A stretch of 29,852 nt of DNA, taken from the NCBI GenBank assembly GCA_018672235.1, contig JABHGE010000010.1, forward strand, positions 1 to 29,852. Direction: 5' to 3'. Positions 1-9,691 of the stretch are shown here, piece by piece. The notes under the pieces are model-generated. The model was not told the DNA's origin. It searched no databases and was given only the letters and a program-made list of their open reading frames with translations. Each line of letters opens with the position of its first letter. The stretch's first letter is position 1. The DNA is from Fidelibacterota bacterium. Its GTDB lineage: Bacteria > Fidelibacterota > Marinisomatia > Marinisomatales > Marinisomataceae. Position numbers and translations under genes: made by a program.

Positions 1-1
1 A

Positions 2-199
2 AAAAATAACATACCAAATGTTATATACTATAAATATCCTATCCATTTAATGAAAGGATTTCATTATTTGGGTTATAAAGATGGAGATTTTCCTATTTCA
101 GAAAATTTATCACAAACAATTGTTAGTTTACCAATGCATCCTTATCTTACGAAAATGGATATTGATTTAATCATAAAAACATTAAAAAATAATGAGTAA
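2..199 (+). CDS. 3' fragment of a DegT/DnrJ/EryC1/StrS sugar aminotransferase (truncated by window edge)
   Basis: Manual translation of frame 2 gives KNNIPNVIYYKYPIHLMKGFHYLGYKDGDFPISENLSQTIVSLPMHPYL...NNE*, the typical C-terminus (YYxxPxH...FP.SE...SLPMHP). Stop overlaps the next start. Confidence 0.85.
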   Translation, partial: KNNIPNVIYYKYPIHLMKGFHYLGYKDGDFPISENLSQTIVSLPMHPYLTKMDIDLIIKTLKNNE

Positions 200-1217
200 A
201 AAAATACTAATCACAGGTGGTGCGGGATTTATTGCTCATCATGTAGTTGATAAAATTTTATCTACAACAGATTGGGAGATTATCACACTAGATCGATTAG
301 ATTTTAGCGGTAATCTCAATAGGTTACATGAGGTAGTCAGTGCTTATCCTAAATCTGAACAAAAAAGAGTGAGAGTTATTCATCATGATTTAAAAGCAGA
401 GCTTAATCCAGAGATTGCTGCCACCATAGGAAGAGTCGATTATATTAGTCATCTCGCAGCAGGATCGCATGTAGATCGATCAATTACTTATCCTTTAGAA
501 TTTGTAATGGATAATGTTGTAGGCACAGCACACATTTTAGATTATGCTAGAAAATTAGACCACTTAGAAAGATTTGCATATTTTAGTACCGATGAAGTAT
601 TTGGGCCAGCACCAAAGGGAATAAATTATAAAGAAAATGATCGATATAATTCCACAAACCCCTATTCAGCATCTAAGGCTGGCGCAGAAGAGTTAGTTGT
701 TGCTTATGAGAATACATATGGATTGCCATCTTTTATTACTCATACCATGAATGTATTTGGAGAAAGACAAAGTCCTGAAAAATATATTCCCATGGTTATT
801 AAAAAAGCAAGAGATGGAGAAGTAGTTACTGTTCATGCAAATGCAGAAAAAACAGTTGCAGGATCACGTCATTATATTCATGCTGAAGATGTAGCAGACG
901 CATTATTATTTTTATATAACTACGATATTTCATCCATGCAGGCTGACGATACCGGAGCAAAGTGTCAAAAATTTAATATTGTTGGGAAAGACGAAATTGA
1001 TAATTTAGCATTAGCACAATTCATAGCTCAAGCACAAAACAAAGATTTGAAGTATGAAATGGTAGATTTTCATTCACAAAGACCGGGGCACGATTTACGC
1101 TATGCGTTGGACGGTGAAAAAATGAAGAATATGGGATGGACGCCTCAATCTGCATATGAAAGATTAGAGCAAGTAGTAGATTGGACGCTACAGAACGATA
1201 GATGGCTTTCTTTATAG
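192..1217 (+). CDS. NDP-glucose 4,6-dehydratase (RmlB/RfbB-like extended SDR)
   Basis: GGAGFIA, HLAAGSHVDRSI, STDEVFG (catalytic Thr/Asp/Glu), YSASK, RPGHDLRY motifs. Confidence 0.85.
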   Translation: MSKKILITGGAGFIAHHVVDKILSTTDWEIITLDRLDFSGNLNRLHEVVSAYPKSEQKRVRVIHHDLKAELNPEIAATIGRVDYISHLAAGSHVDRSITYPLEFVMDNVVGTAHILDYARKLDHLERFAYFSTDEVFGPAPKGINYKENDRYNSTNPYSASKAGAEELVVAYENTYGLPSFITHTMNVFGERQSPEKYIPMVIKKARDGEVVTVHANAEKTVAGSRHYIHAEDVADALLFLYNYDISSMQADDTGAKCQKFNIVGKDEIDNLALAQFIAQAQNKDLKYEMVDFHSQRPGHDLRYALDGEKMKNMGWTPQSAYERLEQVVDWTLQNDRWLSL

Positions 1218-1330
1218 CAATATTGTTAATAAATATCTCATTTACCATGACAATAAGTAAGAAAATTAATTTTGCATACTATAATACATTTACTATTTGT
1301 TAATCTTTTTTTTAAAGGTAAGTTCTTCAA

Positions 1331-3277
1331 ATGAAAAAAATCATAATAATTATCAGTTTCTTCTCAATAGCATTTTCACAAATTTCAATGAATGATATCA
1401 ATGGGATGAATAATGCTCAGCTTGATCTAATTAAGGATCAACTTAAAACCCCTCAATCTGTATCTGATTTAGATACGGATATAGACATACAGACTGCAAA
1501 GCCATCTGTTGTCAATATTAGTGATTTAGAAAATGAGGTTATTGAAAAAACATCTCTTGATTCAGGAGAAGTAACTTTTTATAGTGAATTCTTTGGGTAC
1601 GACTATTTTAATCGGAAAACTAATTTCTTTGATAATATTCCCGTACCTGCTAATTATACCATTGGACCCGGAGATGAAGTTATTATTTCAATTTGGGGTG
1701 AACATAATCTCCGTAAAAATTTTGTTATTAACAAGGCAGGCCTTATATATTATGATTCAATTGGATATATCAATATTTCTGGAAAAACAATATTGGAAGC
1801 CCAAACGTTGCTTATTACAAAATTATCATCAATTTATTCAACATTAAATGACGGTAGTGAATCAACAAATTTAATGATTGAGCTAGGAACTCTAAAATCA
1901 ATTAATGTTTATTTTTCTGGAAACATTAAAGAGCCTGGTATACATCTTATTCATCCTTTTTCAGACATTTTCTTAGCAATAGTTCAGGCTGGAGGAGTGG
2001 ACAAAAATGGTTCATTGAGAGATATACATCTCATTAGGGATAATAAAAAAATTGAATCAATAGATTTTTATTCATTCTTTAAAACGGGAAAATCTTCATT
2101 TAAGAATCTCAAATTAATTGATGGCGATACTATACATATTCCTTCTGCTATATCGACTGTAAAAGTAAATGGGCCATTCGAAACTAAAAAATTATATTTT
2201 GAAATGAAAAAAGGTGAGACTATAAATGACTTACTAGTATATACGGATGGTTTAAAGCATATTGCTAGCTCCTATTTCATTGTTGATACCACCTTACCAA
2301 TTGCTGATCGTATTACTGACGATAATGCAAGAACAACATTTATTGTTAATTACAAAGATATTAATCTTAATCCTTTAAAAGATGGAGATATTATCTCTGT
2401 CAAGGATATTGGAGAGGTACAGTCTAGCGTTGAGATATTGGGTAGAGTTAAAATTAGAGGATACTTTGCTGTAAAAGATGCATCTTTAAAATCTATTCTT
2501 GATTTAGCCGGAGGATTTAATGACCCTATTTATAGAAAGTCAATTGATGATAATAAAATAGTAATTCTAAGACAAACTGAGGATCAATATTATGGTATAG
2601 AATTAGTGTCGTCATATGAAAATTCTGAAAACTTCTTGCTCGAAGCTAATGATAAGATTTTTGTTTATGAAAATTCGAAATATAATGAAAATAGCTTAGT
2701 TAGAATTGAGGGGGAAGTTTATAAAAGAGGCTCATTTCCACTTAAAGATAACATGACTTTAGGTGATTTAATAGAAGCCGGCGGTGGATACACTCCGAAA
2801 GCTTCTCAAGGAAATGTCCAAGTATTTATAGAAACTACAACTCTTGATAATAGCGGAAAAAGCACTACAGAAAAAGAGTTTATTTTTAATACAAGCCCTG
2901 ATTTCTTATTAACAAAAAATACTGTAGTAAATGTATTACCTGACGTGAACTTAGTAAGAGTCATAGGTAATGTTTTTAGCCCTGGATTAATTGCTTATTC
3001 TGATGGTATGACAATGTCTAATGCTATAGAGTTAGCAGGTGGTTACAAAAAATATAGTATGAAAAAAAAGGTTTATGTAGAAAGAGCAAGCGGAAAAATA
3101 GTAAAAGCTAAGATTTTTAGAGGTAAAGGAAAAAGAGTTTTCCCAGGTGATACTGTATTTGTTCCAGTTAATCCAAACCCTTCAGATTTTGAAATAACTA
3201 GCTTTATTTCAGATATGTCAACAACCTTAGCAAATATTGCAGCTATACTTCTTATAGTCGATAATCAAAAAGATTGA
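1331..3277 (+). CDS. SLBB-domain polysaccharide export protein (KpsD/Wza-like)
   Basis: Signal peptide, FFGYDYF then PxNYTIGPGDEV Poly_export motif, several V.G.V..PG...AGG SLBB repeats, GDTVFVP near the C-terminus. Confidence 0.85.
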   Translation: MKKIIIIISFFSIAFSQISMNDINGMNNAQLDLIKDQLKTPQSVSDLDTDIDIQTAKPSVVNISDLENEVIEKTSLDSGEVTFYSEFFGYDYFNRKTNFFDNIPVPANYTIGPGDEVIISIWGEHNLRKNFVINKAGLIYYDSIGYINISGKTILEAQTLLITKLSSIYSTLNDGSESTNLMIELGTLKSINVYFSGNIKEPGIHLIHPFSDIFLAIVQAGGVDKNGSLRDIHLIRDNKKIESIDFYSFFKTGKSSFKNLKLIDGDTIHIPSAISTVKVNGPFETKKLYFEMKKGETINDLLVYTDGLKHIASSYFIVDTTLPIADRITDDNARTTFIVNYKDINLNPLKDGDIISVKDIGEVQSSVEILGRVKIRGYFAVKDASLKSILDLAGGFNDPIYRKSIDDNKIVILRQTEDQYYGIELVSSYENSENFLLEANDKIFVYENSKYNENSLVRIEGEVYKRGSFPLKDNMTLGDLIEAGGGYTPKASQGNVQVFIETTTLDNSGKSTTEKEFIFNTSPDFLLTKNTVVNVLPDVNLVRVIGNVFSPGLIAYSDGMTMSNAIELAGGYKKYSMKKKVYVERASGKIVKAKIFRGKGKRVFPGDTVFVPVNPNPSDFEITSFISDMSTTLANIAAILLIVDNQKD

Positions 3278-3281
3278 TTTT

Positions 3282-4019
3282 ATGACTCTAATTCTTCTTC
3301 GTCATGGTCAGAGTGAGTGGAATTTAAAAAATCGTTTTACAGGCTGGAAAGATGTTTCTTTAACTCCTGTTGGCATTGAGGAAGCTACTTTTTCAGCTAA
3401 TCAGCTTATTGAAAAAAAAATTAAAATTCATAGTGTGCATACATCTATTTTGAAAAGAGCAATAGAAACTACAGATATTGTAACTGACATTATCGGATTC
3501 CCCAAAGAAAATATTCAATATGATTGGCGTTTAAATGAAAGACACTATGGAGCATTGCAAGGACTAAATAAATCTGAAACCGCTAAAAAGTATGGTGAAG
3601 AGCAAGTACTTATATGGAGAAGAAGCTATGATATCGCACCTCCATTATTGGACGAAGAAGATATCAGACATCCAAAGTTTAACAAAAAATTTAAAACTAT
3701 AAATCAAAAACTACCTGTAGGAGAAAGTTTAAAAAATGTAATTGAGAGATTGAATCCGTTTTGGGAGAAATATATCAATGATATTAAAAATAAAAAAGGC
3801 AGCCATTTAATAATTGCTCACAGTAATTCATTGAGAGCAATTATAAAAATGCTAGATAGGTTGTCTGATAAAGAAATTTTATCAGTAAATATTCCGACTG
3901 GAGTTCCTTTAGTATATCAGCTAGATCAAAAATTAAATGTTATAAGTAAAAATTATTTAATCACCGATGATGAACTAAAAATAAAACAAGCAGTAATTAA
4001 AAATCAAGGAAAAGCATAG
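3282..4019 (+). CDS. gpmA: 2,3-bisphosphoglycerate-dependent phosphoglycerate mutase
   Basis: LLRHGQSEWNLKNRFTGW, LNERHYGALQGLNK, WRRSYD, AHSNSLR, NIPTGVP. Confidence 0.9.
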   Translation: MTLILLRHGQSEWNLKNRFTGWKDVSLTPVGIEEATFSANQLIEKKIKIHSVHTSILKRAIETTDIVTDIIGFPKENIQYDWRLNERHYGALQGLNKSETAKKYGEEQVLIWRRSYDIAPPLLDEEDIRHPKFNKKFKTINQKLPVGESLKNVIERLNPFWEKYINDIKNKKGSHLIIAHSNSLRAIIKMLDRLSDKEILSVNIPTGVPLVYQLDQKLNVISKNYLITDDELKIKQAVIKNQGKA

Positions 4020-4939
4020 TGAATTTAGATTTTTCAAATATAAATGTTCTACTAATTGGAGATCTTATGTTAGATCATTATATAATAGGTACATCAGTAA
4101 GGGTGTCACCAGAAGCTCCTGTACCTGTAGTACTTCCAAAGAATGAATACTCAATACCCGGAGGAGCAGGAAATGTAGCTATGAATTTAAGAGGAATGGG
4201 AGCAAATGTATCATGTATAGGATGTGTAGGCAATGATAGTTGGGGGAAAAAACTAATTTCGATTTTACAAAAAAATAACATAGATACACAATATATTGAA
4301 ATAATCAATAGCCACCCAACTACTCTGAAGCAAAGGATTTATTCTGATGATAGGCAAGTAGCTAGGATAGATACAGAACAAGATAGAAATTGGGTCCCTA
4401 GTGTAAAAGTAGAAAAATTATATGATCATTATGATATTATAATATTGTCAGATTATAATAAAGGCGTTTTCTTTTCTCCTTGGTTTAAATCTAAAAAAAA
4501 TAATGTAATATTAGATCCTAAGAAAAAGATTGATCATATATGGAGCAATGCAAATATTGTTACTCCCAATTTAAATGAACTCAAAATTGCATCTAAGCTC
4601 AATGTAGATAATGATAAGAAAGTTGTAGAAGCGTGTCGTAGTCTAATGAAAGAATTTAAAAATCTTCAATATATAGTTGCAAAAAAAAGTGAAAGAGGCA
4701 TAACAATAGTTGGAAGAGATAGCTATGTAAAACATATATCTCCTTATGAAGTGAAAAGTCCAGATGTTACAGGTGCAGGTGATACAGTAATTGCTGTTAT
4801 GAGCGTAGTATATGCTGAAACAAAAGATATTGAATTATCTGTGACAACTGCTAATATAGCAGCCTCGATTGTTGTGGGCCAGTCCGGTACAGCAACTATA
4901 AATATAAATAAAATTAAAAAATTAATTGAAAAAAGATAA
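4019..4939 (+). CDS. Heptose-7-phosphate kinase (stand-alone HldE/RfaE kinase domain, PfkB family)
   Basis: GDLMLDHY, RVSPEAPVPVV, GGAGNVA, SDYNKG, TPNLNE, DVTGAGDT. GTG start shares a base with the gpmA stop. Confidence 0.85.
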   Translation: MNLDFSNINVLLIGDLMLDHYIIGTSVRVSPEAPVPVVLPKNEYSIPGGAGNVAMNLRGMGANVSCIGCVGNDSWGKKLISILQKNNIDTQYIEIINSHPTTLKQRIYSDDRQVARIDTEQDRNWVPSVKVEKLYDHYDIIILSDYNKGVFFSPWFKSKKNNVILDPKKKIDHIWSNANIVTPNLNELKIASKLNVDNDKKVVEACRSLMKEFKNLQYIVAKKSERGITIVGRDSYVKHISPYEVKSPDVTGAGDTVIAVMSVVYAETKDIELSVTTANIAASIVVGQSGTATININKIKKLIEKR

Positions 4940-4949
4940 AGGATATAAA

Positions 4950-5858
4950 ATGAAATATATAGTGGTAGGTGGAGCTGGATTTATAGGAAGCAATTTAGTA
5001 AATCGGTTAGTTGATGAAGGCCATGAGGTGGTAGTCATAGACAATTTTTCTACAGGAAAAGAAGAAAATATTAATTCTAAATCGACGCTTTATAGAATTG
5101 ATATAAGTGATACATCTAAAAGTGAAGAGTTAATTAGTATCATGAACAAAGCAGATTCAGTTTTTTTATTAGCAGCCAAAGCGCGCGTTCAACCTTCGAT
5201 TGAAAATCCTATGGAGTATGAACAGAATAATACAATTGGAACATTAAATATCTTGAAATGTGCAACAGACGCGAATGTAAGGAGATTGGTATATAGCGCA
5301 TCTTCTTCTGCATATGGAGATTCTGATATTTTACCATTAAAAGAATCTTTTCCTATAAATCCATTATCTCCTTATGGAGCACAGAAATATTATGGAGAAG
5401 TATTATCAAAAATGTTTGCCCATGTTTATGATATTGAAACAGTTTCGTTGAGATATTTTAATGTTTATGGAGAAAGACAGAATATTGCTGGAGCTTATGC
5501 TTTAGTCATGGGCATTTTTGCTCATCAGAGACTTAATGGGGAGCCAATGACAATTAGGGGAAATGGCGATCAAAGACGTGACTTTACATATGTTGGAGAT
5601 GTAGTAAATGCTAATATTCTTGCATCACAATCTAAAAATGTTGGTAAGGGTGAGGTAATCAATATTGGAAATGGAGATAATAGATCTATCAACCAAATTG
5701 CCGATATGATAGGTGGAGAAAAGAAATATGTTGATCCTGTAGTTGAGCCTATGGAAACACTAGCAGATAATTCTTTAGCAAAAGAACTTTTAGGTTGGGA
5801 GCCAACACAAAAAATAGAAGATTGGGTACCAACTTATAAAAAAGAAATAGGACTATAA
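4950..5858 (+). CDS. NAD-dependent nucleotide-sugar epimerase/dehydratase (WbpP/GalE-like)
   Basis: GGAGFIG, SASSSAYG, SPYGAQK, LRYFNVYG, RDFTYV. Start moved to ATG 4950, which follows AAGGA and avoids overlap. Confidence 0.85.
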   Translation: MKYIVVGGAGFIGSNLVNRLVDEGHEVVVIDNFSTGKEENINSKSTLYRIDISDTSKSEELISIMNKADSVFLLAAKARVQPSIENPMEYEQNNTIGTLNILKCATDANVRRLVYSASSSAYGDSDILPLKESFPINPLSPYGAQKYYGEVLSKMFAHVYDIETVSLRYFNVYGERQNIAGAYALVMGIFAHQRLNGEPMTIRGNGDQRRDFTYVGDVVNANILASQSKNVGKGEVINIGNGDNRSINQIADMIGGEKKYVDPVVEPMETLADNSLAKELLGWEPTQKIEDWVPTYKKEIGL

Positions 5859-5870
5859 GGACTAAAAAAT

Positions 5871-7823
5871 ATGTGCGGTATTTGCGGATTTATTGATATA
5901 AATAATGATAGTGATCAAACTCCAATCATTCATGAAATGAACGATGCATTGACACATAGAGGTCCTGACGGCAGTGGTGTTTGGTGTAAAAAAGATATTG
6001 GACTCTATCTGGGACATAGAAGACTATCAATTTTAGATTTAAGCAATAATGCCTCCCAGCCATTTACTTCAAATTCAGGCAGATTTACAATGACCTACAA
6101 TGGTGAAATATATAATTTCAATGAACTAAAAAATATAATAGATGTTGATCTTAAAAGCTCATCAGATACTGAGATACTAATTGAGGCCATAGAAAAAATT
6201 GGGCTTGATAATACTTTGAAAAAAATAAAAGGAATGTTTGCTTTTGCTATATGGGATAATAAGAAAAATGAATTGACGTTATGTCGAGATCGTATGGGAG
6301 AAAAACCGCTATACTACGGTCTTCAAAAAGGAATTCTATTTTTTTCATCAGAACTAAAAGCACTAACTAAACATCCAAGGTTCAATAGTGATATTGACTT
6401 AAGATCATTATCAAAATATTTTTCATATGGATATATACCAGCTCCTTATTCGATTTATAATAATATTTTTAAATTATTACCTGGGTCTTATTTTAAAATA
6501 TCATATGAAGATTTATTGAAGAATAATTTTGAAAACATACAGCCTAAGCAATATTGGAGCTTTAGTTCAGCACATGATAAATTCAAGGATCTTTCAAAAA
6601 ATTTAAATGAAAATGAAATTATTTCGAATCTAGATTCTTTATTGCAAGATTCAATAAAAATACAAATGATTTCAGACGTACCACTAGGTGTTTTTTTATC
6701 TGGAGGAATTGATTCTTCTTTAATCGCTTCAGTTATGCAATCACAATCTAGTCAGCCTATTAGAACATTTACCATTGGTTTTGATCAAAAAGAATTTAAT
6801 GAAGCAATTTATGCAAAAAAAATTGCAGAATATTTGGGGACAAATCACTCAGAACTTTATATTTCTGAAAAAGATGCGTTAGATACAATTCCTAAAATAC
6901 CTACTATATATAGCGAACCTTTTGCAGACTCTTCACAGATTCCCACTTATCTAGTATCAAAGCTCGCAAGAAAGAATGTAACTGTTAGTTTATCTGGAGA
7001 TGGAGGAGATGAATTGTTTTATGGCTATAGCAGGTATAATTTTAGTATAGAAATATGGAGTAAATTAAAAAATATTCCTTTAGTGCTGAGAAAAGTTATA
7101 TCTCATTTTATTTTTTTAACACCTAAGCCTGTTTTAGACATAACATTTTTTTGGATAAAGTATATTATTCGAAGCTACAATAATGATAAACAATCCATCG
7201 GTAGTTTATTAAAAAAGTCATATCAACTATTAAGATGCTCGTCAGATGAAAATCTGTATAGATATTTGATATTCAAATGGATAGAGCCACATAGTCTTGT
7301 ATTAAATACAGAGAACAATTATGAAACATTTGGAGAAAAGCAAAATCTTAAATCTAGTAAAGAAGGAATAAAAAATCATATGATGTCGTATGATGCAATA
7401 AGTTATTTACCTGACGATATATTGGTGAAGGTTGACAGAGCAGCAATGGCTGTTAGCCTAGAAACACGCGTCCCGCTTCTTGATAAAGATATTGTGGAGT
7501 TTTCTATGAGTATTTCGTCTGATTTAAAGAGCAAAAATAACAAAAAATGGATACTTAAAAAAACATTAGAAAAATATTTGCCAAGTGATTTAATTGATAG
7601 ACCAAAGATGGGTTTTGGAGTACCTTTAAAAAAATGGCTCACTAATGATTTGAAAGATTGGGCTTGTGAATTATTGGATGAAAGAAAATTGAAAAACCAA
7701 GGATATTTAAATCATCAAGATATAGCTCAAAAACTACAACAACATTTAGCAGGATCTCATGATTGGCATGCACACTTGTGGGAGGTTTTAGTTTTCCAGC
7801 AATGGTTGGAATCAAATAAATAA
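5871..7823 (+). CDS. asnB: Asparagine synthase (glutamine-hydrolysing) family amidotransferase, probably polysaccharide-modifying (WbpS-like)
   Basis: MCGICG Ntn nucleophile, HRGPD, GHRRLSILD, LSGGIDS, SGDGGDELF, RPKMGF. Located in a polysaccharide cluster. Confidence 0.9.
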   Translation: MCGICGFIDINNDSDQTPIIHEMNDALTHRGPDGSGVWCKKDIGLYLGHRRLSILDLSNNASQPFTSNSGRFTMTYNGEIYNFNELKNIIDVDLKSSSDTEILIEAIEKIGLDNTLKKIKGMFAFAIWDNKKNELTLCRDRMGEKPLYYGLQKGILFFSSELKALTKHPRFNSDIDLRSLSKYFSYGYIPAPYSIYNNIFKLLPGSYFKISYEDLLKNNFENIQPKQYWSFSSAHDKFKDLSKNLNENEIISNLDSLLQDSIKIQMISDVPLGVFLSGGIDSSLIASVMQSQSSQPIRTFTIGFDQKEFNEAIYAKKIAEYLGTNHSELYISEKDALDTIPKIPTIYSEPFADSSQIPTYLVSKLARKNVTVSLSGDGGDELFYGYSRYNFSIEIWSKLKNIPLVLRKVISHFIFLTPKPVLDITFFWIKYIIRSYNNDKQSIGSLLKKSYQLLRCSSDENLYRYLIFKWIEPHSLVLNTENNYETFGEKQNLKSSKEGIKNHMMSYDAISYLPDDILVKVDRAAMAVSLETRVPLLDKDIVEFSMSISSDLKSKNNKKWILKKTLEKYLPSDLIDRPKMGFGVPLKKWLTNDLKDWACELLDERKLKNQGYLNHQDIAQKLQQHLAGSHDWHAHLWEVLVFQQWLESNK

Positions 7824-7868
7824 TAGATTATTTTATAAATTATAATAATCGTATATTTTTTATAAGAA

Positions 7869-8438
7869 ATGATTAAGAAACTAATCCATGAATCTATAGA
7901 GTCGCACCAGAAAACCACTGGTCTTATTGATAATTATTTAATAGAAAAGGTTAAATCCTCAAGTTCTTTAATTATAGAGGCTTTAAGAAATAGTAAAAAA
8001 GTCATGTGGTGCGGTAATGGAGGAAGTGCAGCTCAAGCAAATCATTTATCTGCTGAGTTAGTTGGAGGCATGTATACAAAAAAAATTGAACCTTTTGCAT
8101 CAATATGTCTTAATTCTGATACGGCTTTTATTACAGCCTGGAGCAATGACGACAGTTTTGAAAATGTTTTTTTAAGACAGCTTCAATCGCTAGGATGTAA
8201 GGGAGACGTCTTGCTTGCATTATCTACTAGTGGAAATTCGAAAAATATTATTAATGCTGCTAGATATGCACTAGACAATGGTATTAAAGTAATTTCTTTA
8301 ACAGGAGATAGCGGTGGAGTCATTAAAGAATTTTCAGATATTAATATTAACGTTCCAAGTAACGATACGCAGCGTATTCAAGAAATTCATATTCTGATAG
8401 GACATATTATTTGTGATATTATTGAGAATAATATTTAA
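7869..8438 (+). CDS. gmhA: Phosphoheptose isomerase (SIS domain)
   Basis: CGNGGSAA..NHLSAEL, STSGNS.N, RIQEIHILIGH. Near the heptose kinase. Confidence 0.85.
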   Translation: MIKKLIHESIESHQKTTGLIDNYLIEKVKSSSSLIIEALRNSKKVMWCGNGGSAAQANHLSAELVGGMYTKKIEPFASICLNSDTAFITAWSNDDSFENVFLRQLQSLGCKGDVLLALSTSGNSKNIINAARYALDNGIKVISLTGDSGGVIKEFSDININVPSNDTQRIQEIHILIGHIICDIIENNI

Positions 8439-9691
8439 TTATCAATAATCCAATCTAGAGAAAATCCTAAGCCTCTTTCTCTTCCATCACTTACCAAAAA
8501 TATACCATAATCAACAGTATCAAACAATTGTCTCTTAAGAACGATTTTTAATTTTATATCGTCTGAAATATTAATTCGCCTCGAAGATAATATTTTATAG
8601 GAGTTATTACTATTAGGAATTTTTCCTTCTATTCCTAGGTGCATAACTTCAGTAGGAACTATTGCAAGATTATTAATAAATGGATTACCAATTATGTAAT
8701 CTTTATAACTCCAACCTAAGTTGTAAGTGGAATGGTTATAATATCCATCTCTTAAATAATCGTTATTTAAATCTTGATTCATAGTACTTAAGTATTCTAT
8801 TAATATATTGGTATTTGTTAAGTAATTCTCTAGCTCTAAACCCCACAAACCATCAGTTTTATTAGCAAATCTAAGACCGCTTCTATCCTCAAAAAAGTGT
8901 TGATAGTATATTTTTAATAATTTATCGTTTTGTCTTTTTTGATAAGAAAAATCCCATATCCCTAAATGATTACCAAGCGCATTAGCATGCAGTGTATTTT
9001 CAATGAATGGTCCATCTGCGGATATGAATATTTTCAAGAAATCTTTAAATGAACTCCCTGTATATTCTCTGTCATCAATTGTTTTACCTCCCCAAATAGC
9101 TTCATGAGCTAATCCAATCTTAAATAACGAGTTAGACCCACTTTCAATTGTCATATATAAAAATTTTTCATGTAGCATGGGACGTTTTGTATAAGAAGTA
9201 TTTTTGTCTAGTATTCCGTGGGATATTCCAAAGTCAAAATTAACTAAACTATTTTTTTTTATTTTATATGAAGAAACAAAACCAATTTTTGGTATGGCTT
9301 CAGCATTATTGCTAACTAGAATATGTCCAGAGCTGATACTGTCATTGAAATAATCACTATAGTCTCTATAGTATTTTCCAAAACGTAAATACGTATCTTT
9401 GGAAAAATTATATTTAATAAAAGACTCATTAAAGTGAATGTTTGAATCTATTACTAAAGTATTTACTTGGTATGTGATGTCCTTATTTTTTTTATACCAT
9501 AAGAACCCGGTATTTATTTCGGATGGAATGATCCCAAAACTATTGTTCTTGATCCACCAGAAGTCCATATTTTGTGGGTTATTTATAATTTTGATTTTTA
9601 AATCATTAGCAAGGATATTGCTTGAAAATAGAAGTAGTACTAGAGTTGTACGGATTAAATAGGTGTTAATTTTTTTGTACTGGCTTGACAT
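8435..9691 (-). CDS. Capsule assembly Wzi-family outer-membrane protein
   Basis: Signal peptide, SSG...SNNA.AIPK, LHEK.LY, GNHLG.WD, YYQHFFEDRSG, DGLWG, YYNH..Y..GWSY...IGNPF; beta-barrel-like aromatic pattern. Confidence 0.7.
   Translation of the reverse strand: MSSQYKKINTYLIRTTLVLLLFSSNILANDLKIKIINNPQNMDFWWIKNNSFGIIPSEINTGFLWYKKNKDITYQVNTLVIDSNIHFNESFIKYNFSKDTYLRFGKYYRDYSDYFNDSISSGHILVSNNAEAIPKIGFVSSYKIKKNSLVNFDFGISHGILDKNTSYTKRPMLHEKFLYMTIESGSNSLFKIGLAHEAIWGGKTIDDREYTGSSFKDFLKIFISADGPFIENTLHANALGNHLGIWDFSYQKRQNDKLLKIYYQHFFEDRSGLRFANKTDGLWGLELENYLTNTNILIEYLSTMNQDLNNDYLRDGYYNHSTYNLGWSYKDYIIGNPFINNLAIVPTEVMHLGIEGKIPNSNNSYKILSSRRINISDDIKLKIVLKRQLFDTVDYGIFLVSDGRERGLGFSLDWIIDN

Noticed and set aside
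1280..1285. TATAAT boxes in intergenic gaps (also 7841 and 22712)
   Set aside because: Plausible -10 elements but no properly spaced -35, and the hexamer is common in AT-rich DNA.
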